Assembly (NCBI GenBank): GCA_002633005.1
Contig: NMRA01000543.1
Location: 87,188 to 151,187, forward strand
Reading direction: 5' to 3'
Source of the DNA: Phoronis australis
Taxonomy: Eukaryota > Animalia > Phoronida
DNA: 64,000 bases
The notes beneath the pieces are model-generated. The model made no database searches and was not told the origin of the DNA. It saw only the letters and a program-made list of their open reading frames with translations. Positions 61,801 to 64,000 of the stretch are shown here, one piece after another. The translations under genes were made by a program, and so were the position numbers. The first letter of the stretch is position 1. Every line of letters starts with the position of its first letter.

Positions 61801-63033
61801 CATATACCATTTTGACCCGCTCATCTAGGCTAGCGCCCAGGCTAACTGTAGTAAGAAGTTTTTATGAAATGTGATATACGTAGTATCTACAGAGACAGTA
61901 GAACGGGTTAAACTCTTCCTCCCCGGTACAGGATCAAAATTCAAAAAAAACGGCCACAGGAAATACAGTTTGTTAAACCACTATAATACTAATTTGCTTT
62001 TCATCTGAATGCAGCATATTTCGACTTAATTCGTATTTTATCTTACTTTGAAGTTGACCGCTTTTGACCCTCGTAACGCTCAATATTACTTTAATAGAAA
62101 AGTTTCACACGATATACGCTATATATTATTTAGCGCTTTTTGCTAACTTAATGCAATACTCACTTGTTTTTCCTCTTTTGCGGTACCTTTCGTTTGACGC
62201 CTTCAGAATTTTTAAAGTAAGTCTTCAACACGTCGTTGTTTATATACAAACGGCTTCACACCCTTGTTTATATACTAGCGTCTGTAATCTTTGTTCACTA
62301 TGTTTAACAACGAGCGGTCATTATCTAAAATTACGGCTAATTGTTTTGAGTCCGCTTGGTTTATTTTGATCACGGACGCCACAGACAAAAAATGCGGTTA
62401 GTACAAATGGTCGCTCGTCAATCTATGTCAATCATTATAAGTACACGGTTGTGAAACCAAATGTAAACTAGTAAATTGTAATTTAAAACGTACCCGGATC
62501 TAAAGGTTGTAGCTAAGGTAAGTTAGCGTAGTCTCCAGAATCGTTGAATACGGCGTGCGTCATGACGTCGACGTCATATGTAAGCGAAATTGTGGTAGGT
62601 ACCTCTTTGGAAATTGCTTTTTTCTCCGTAATGATAGGTATCTGAAAAGCGCTTTGGAAGATTACATAACAAAATGTGATCGGGTTTATTGAAACGTAAA
62701 TTTTAATTGAAATATAGTAAATTTTTACAAGAGCCAAACATTGTATCAAAAAGCGTCGAGGCCCGCTTTCTTGCGGATTGGACCCAACCACTACTGCATT
62801 ATCAAGTCATGAACATGACTAACTTGACCCCACCAACCATATTTACCACCGATTAATTTGATGCCCCAGCCCCCGGGCGACTGTTGCACGTTTTCGAAAA
62901 GCAATGTTTTCGAATGGCGAATACTTTTGAAGAGGTAATTTTCAATGAGCGCTGAATGCTCATGGCCATGGTTTTGGCAATTTAGTGAAAGTCAAATTGA
63001 TCAGATATTTGGAATTGAATAGCGGAAGCATAG

Positions 63034-63199
63034 CAGGGACGGATCCAGGATTTGAGTTGGGGGTGGGGGGGTGGGCCAGGGCAGAGTATTAGCCAAGATT
63101 TTTCCTGTCAGACATTCGCACCCCCGTACTGCCAAATGGAATCTGAGAGAATTTTAGGGGGGTCATGGCTCCCTTGGCCCCCCTCTAAATCCGCCACTG
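63034..63199. mobile_element. MITE (cagggg/acggatcc family) with 5-bp TSD catag
   Basis: catag|cagggacggatccagga ... aaatccgccactg|catag; related to 36241-36546. Confidence 0.8.
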
Positions 63200-63706
63200 C
63201 ATAGGTTTTACCATGTGCACTCAAATTATAACAGGTCACTCTAGTGAATTGGCAATTTACAATGTACTAGTTCTTTATCAGAAATATGTCAAGACTCCAG
63301 AATGCTTTCAAGGGAGACAAAGTGTACTTAACGCAATGGCAATGTCCGCGGAATTTTAACGCCTCTCGGCAATTAACCACAATGATCGCTTACACATCAC
63401 GTAGGCGCACCATTCCAAGAATTCTAAAACTGATGCCACTGCAACACTTCCAGGCGACAGGAGTGAATGGTGACTATTCCAGCAGAGAACTTCTAAGCAA
63501 TACTTGGAAGGTGTTGTTATGGGCGCTCAGGGTGGTTGTCATGGCACAGCCATCAAGGAAAAATTCACGGAAGTGCATTGGGAAGGTAATAGGAGAAATT
63601 AATGCCGACCATCTAGCAAAAACAGATTGAAAAACGGGAAGTACACATTTTTCTGAATAAGTACAGAGAAACTGTCAACTCAAACATGGTTACGTAGGAC
63701 CCTAGA

Positions 63707-63846
63707 CAGGAACGGTTGAGTTTGGGAGGGGGCCAGGGCAGAGTATTAGTCACGATTTTGCCCGTTAGACATTCACACCCCCCAACTACCAAATGGAATC
63801 TGGGAGAATTTTAGAGCCCCCCCCTCCCCCCTAGATCCGCCACCGC
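63707..63846. mobile_element. Second, more decayed copy of the 63034 MITE
   Basis: Shares ggccagggcagagtattag...ccaaatggaatctg.gagaattttag...atccgccac. Confidence 0.7.
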
Positions 63847-64000
63847 TAAAAATGTCCAATTTGGGCCAACTTCGGAATATCATATCTCGGAAACGCTTGG
63901 TCGAATTCTTATGAAAGTTTCAGGTACTGTGCTTAATACATTGTTCTCGAAAACGCTCGCGGTTAGGGATTGTATTTTAATGCCTCACTTTTGCACAAGG

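Overview
Eukaryotic (animal) genomic DNA, AT-rich with GT-AG introns, most likely a marine protostome invertebrate (inferred from gene content). Three conserved spliced genes can be reconstructed by reading frame and splice phase. (1) A SENP6/7-type SUMO protease on the minus strand, 12 phase-consistent exons at 365-17253, with the 3' end running off the left edge of the window. (2) A hillarin-like LIM plus inactive transglutaminase/KY gene on the plus strand, 22716-31166, followed by a decayed duplicate of its last exon and 3' flank. (3) A divergent Pax3/7 gene on the plus strand, 47668-58890, with no visible octapeptide. Between the last two, head-to-head with Pax3/7, lies an unrecognised intronless 867-aa ORF built from hierarchical 15/41-aa repeats, which is the most novel-looking element. 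The window also holds a Penelope-like GIY-YIG relic, a hAT transposase relic, a truncated LINE, several MITE families (8-bp and 5-bp TSDs), minisatellites and three N-gaps, at least two with probable assembly-artefact duplications. No database searches were run; family assignments come from motif recognition.
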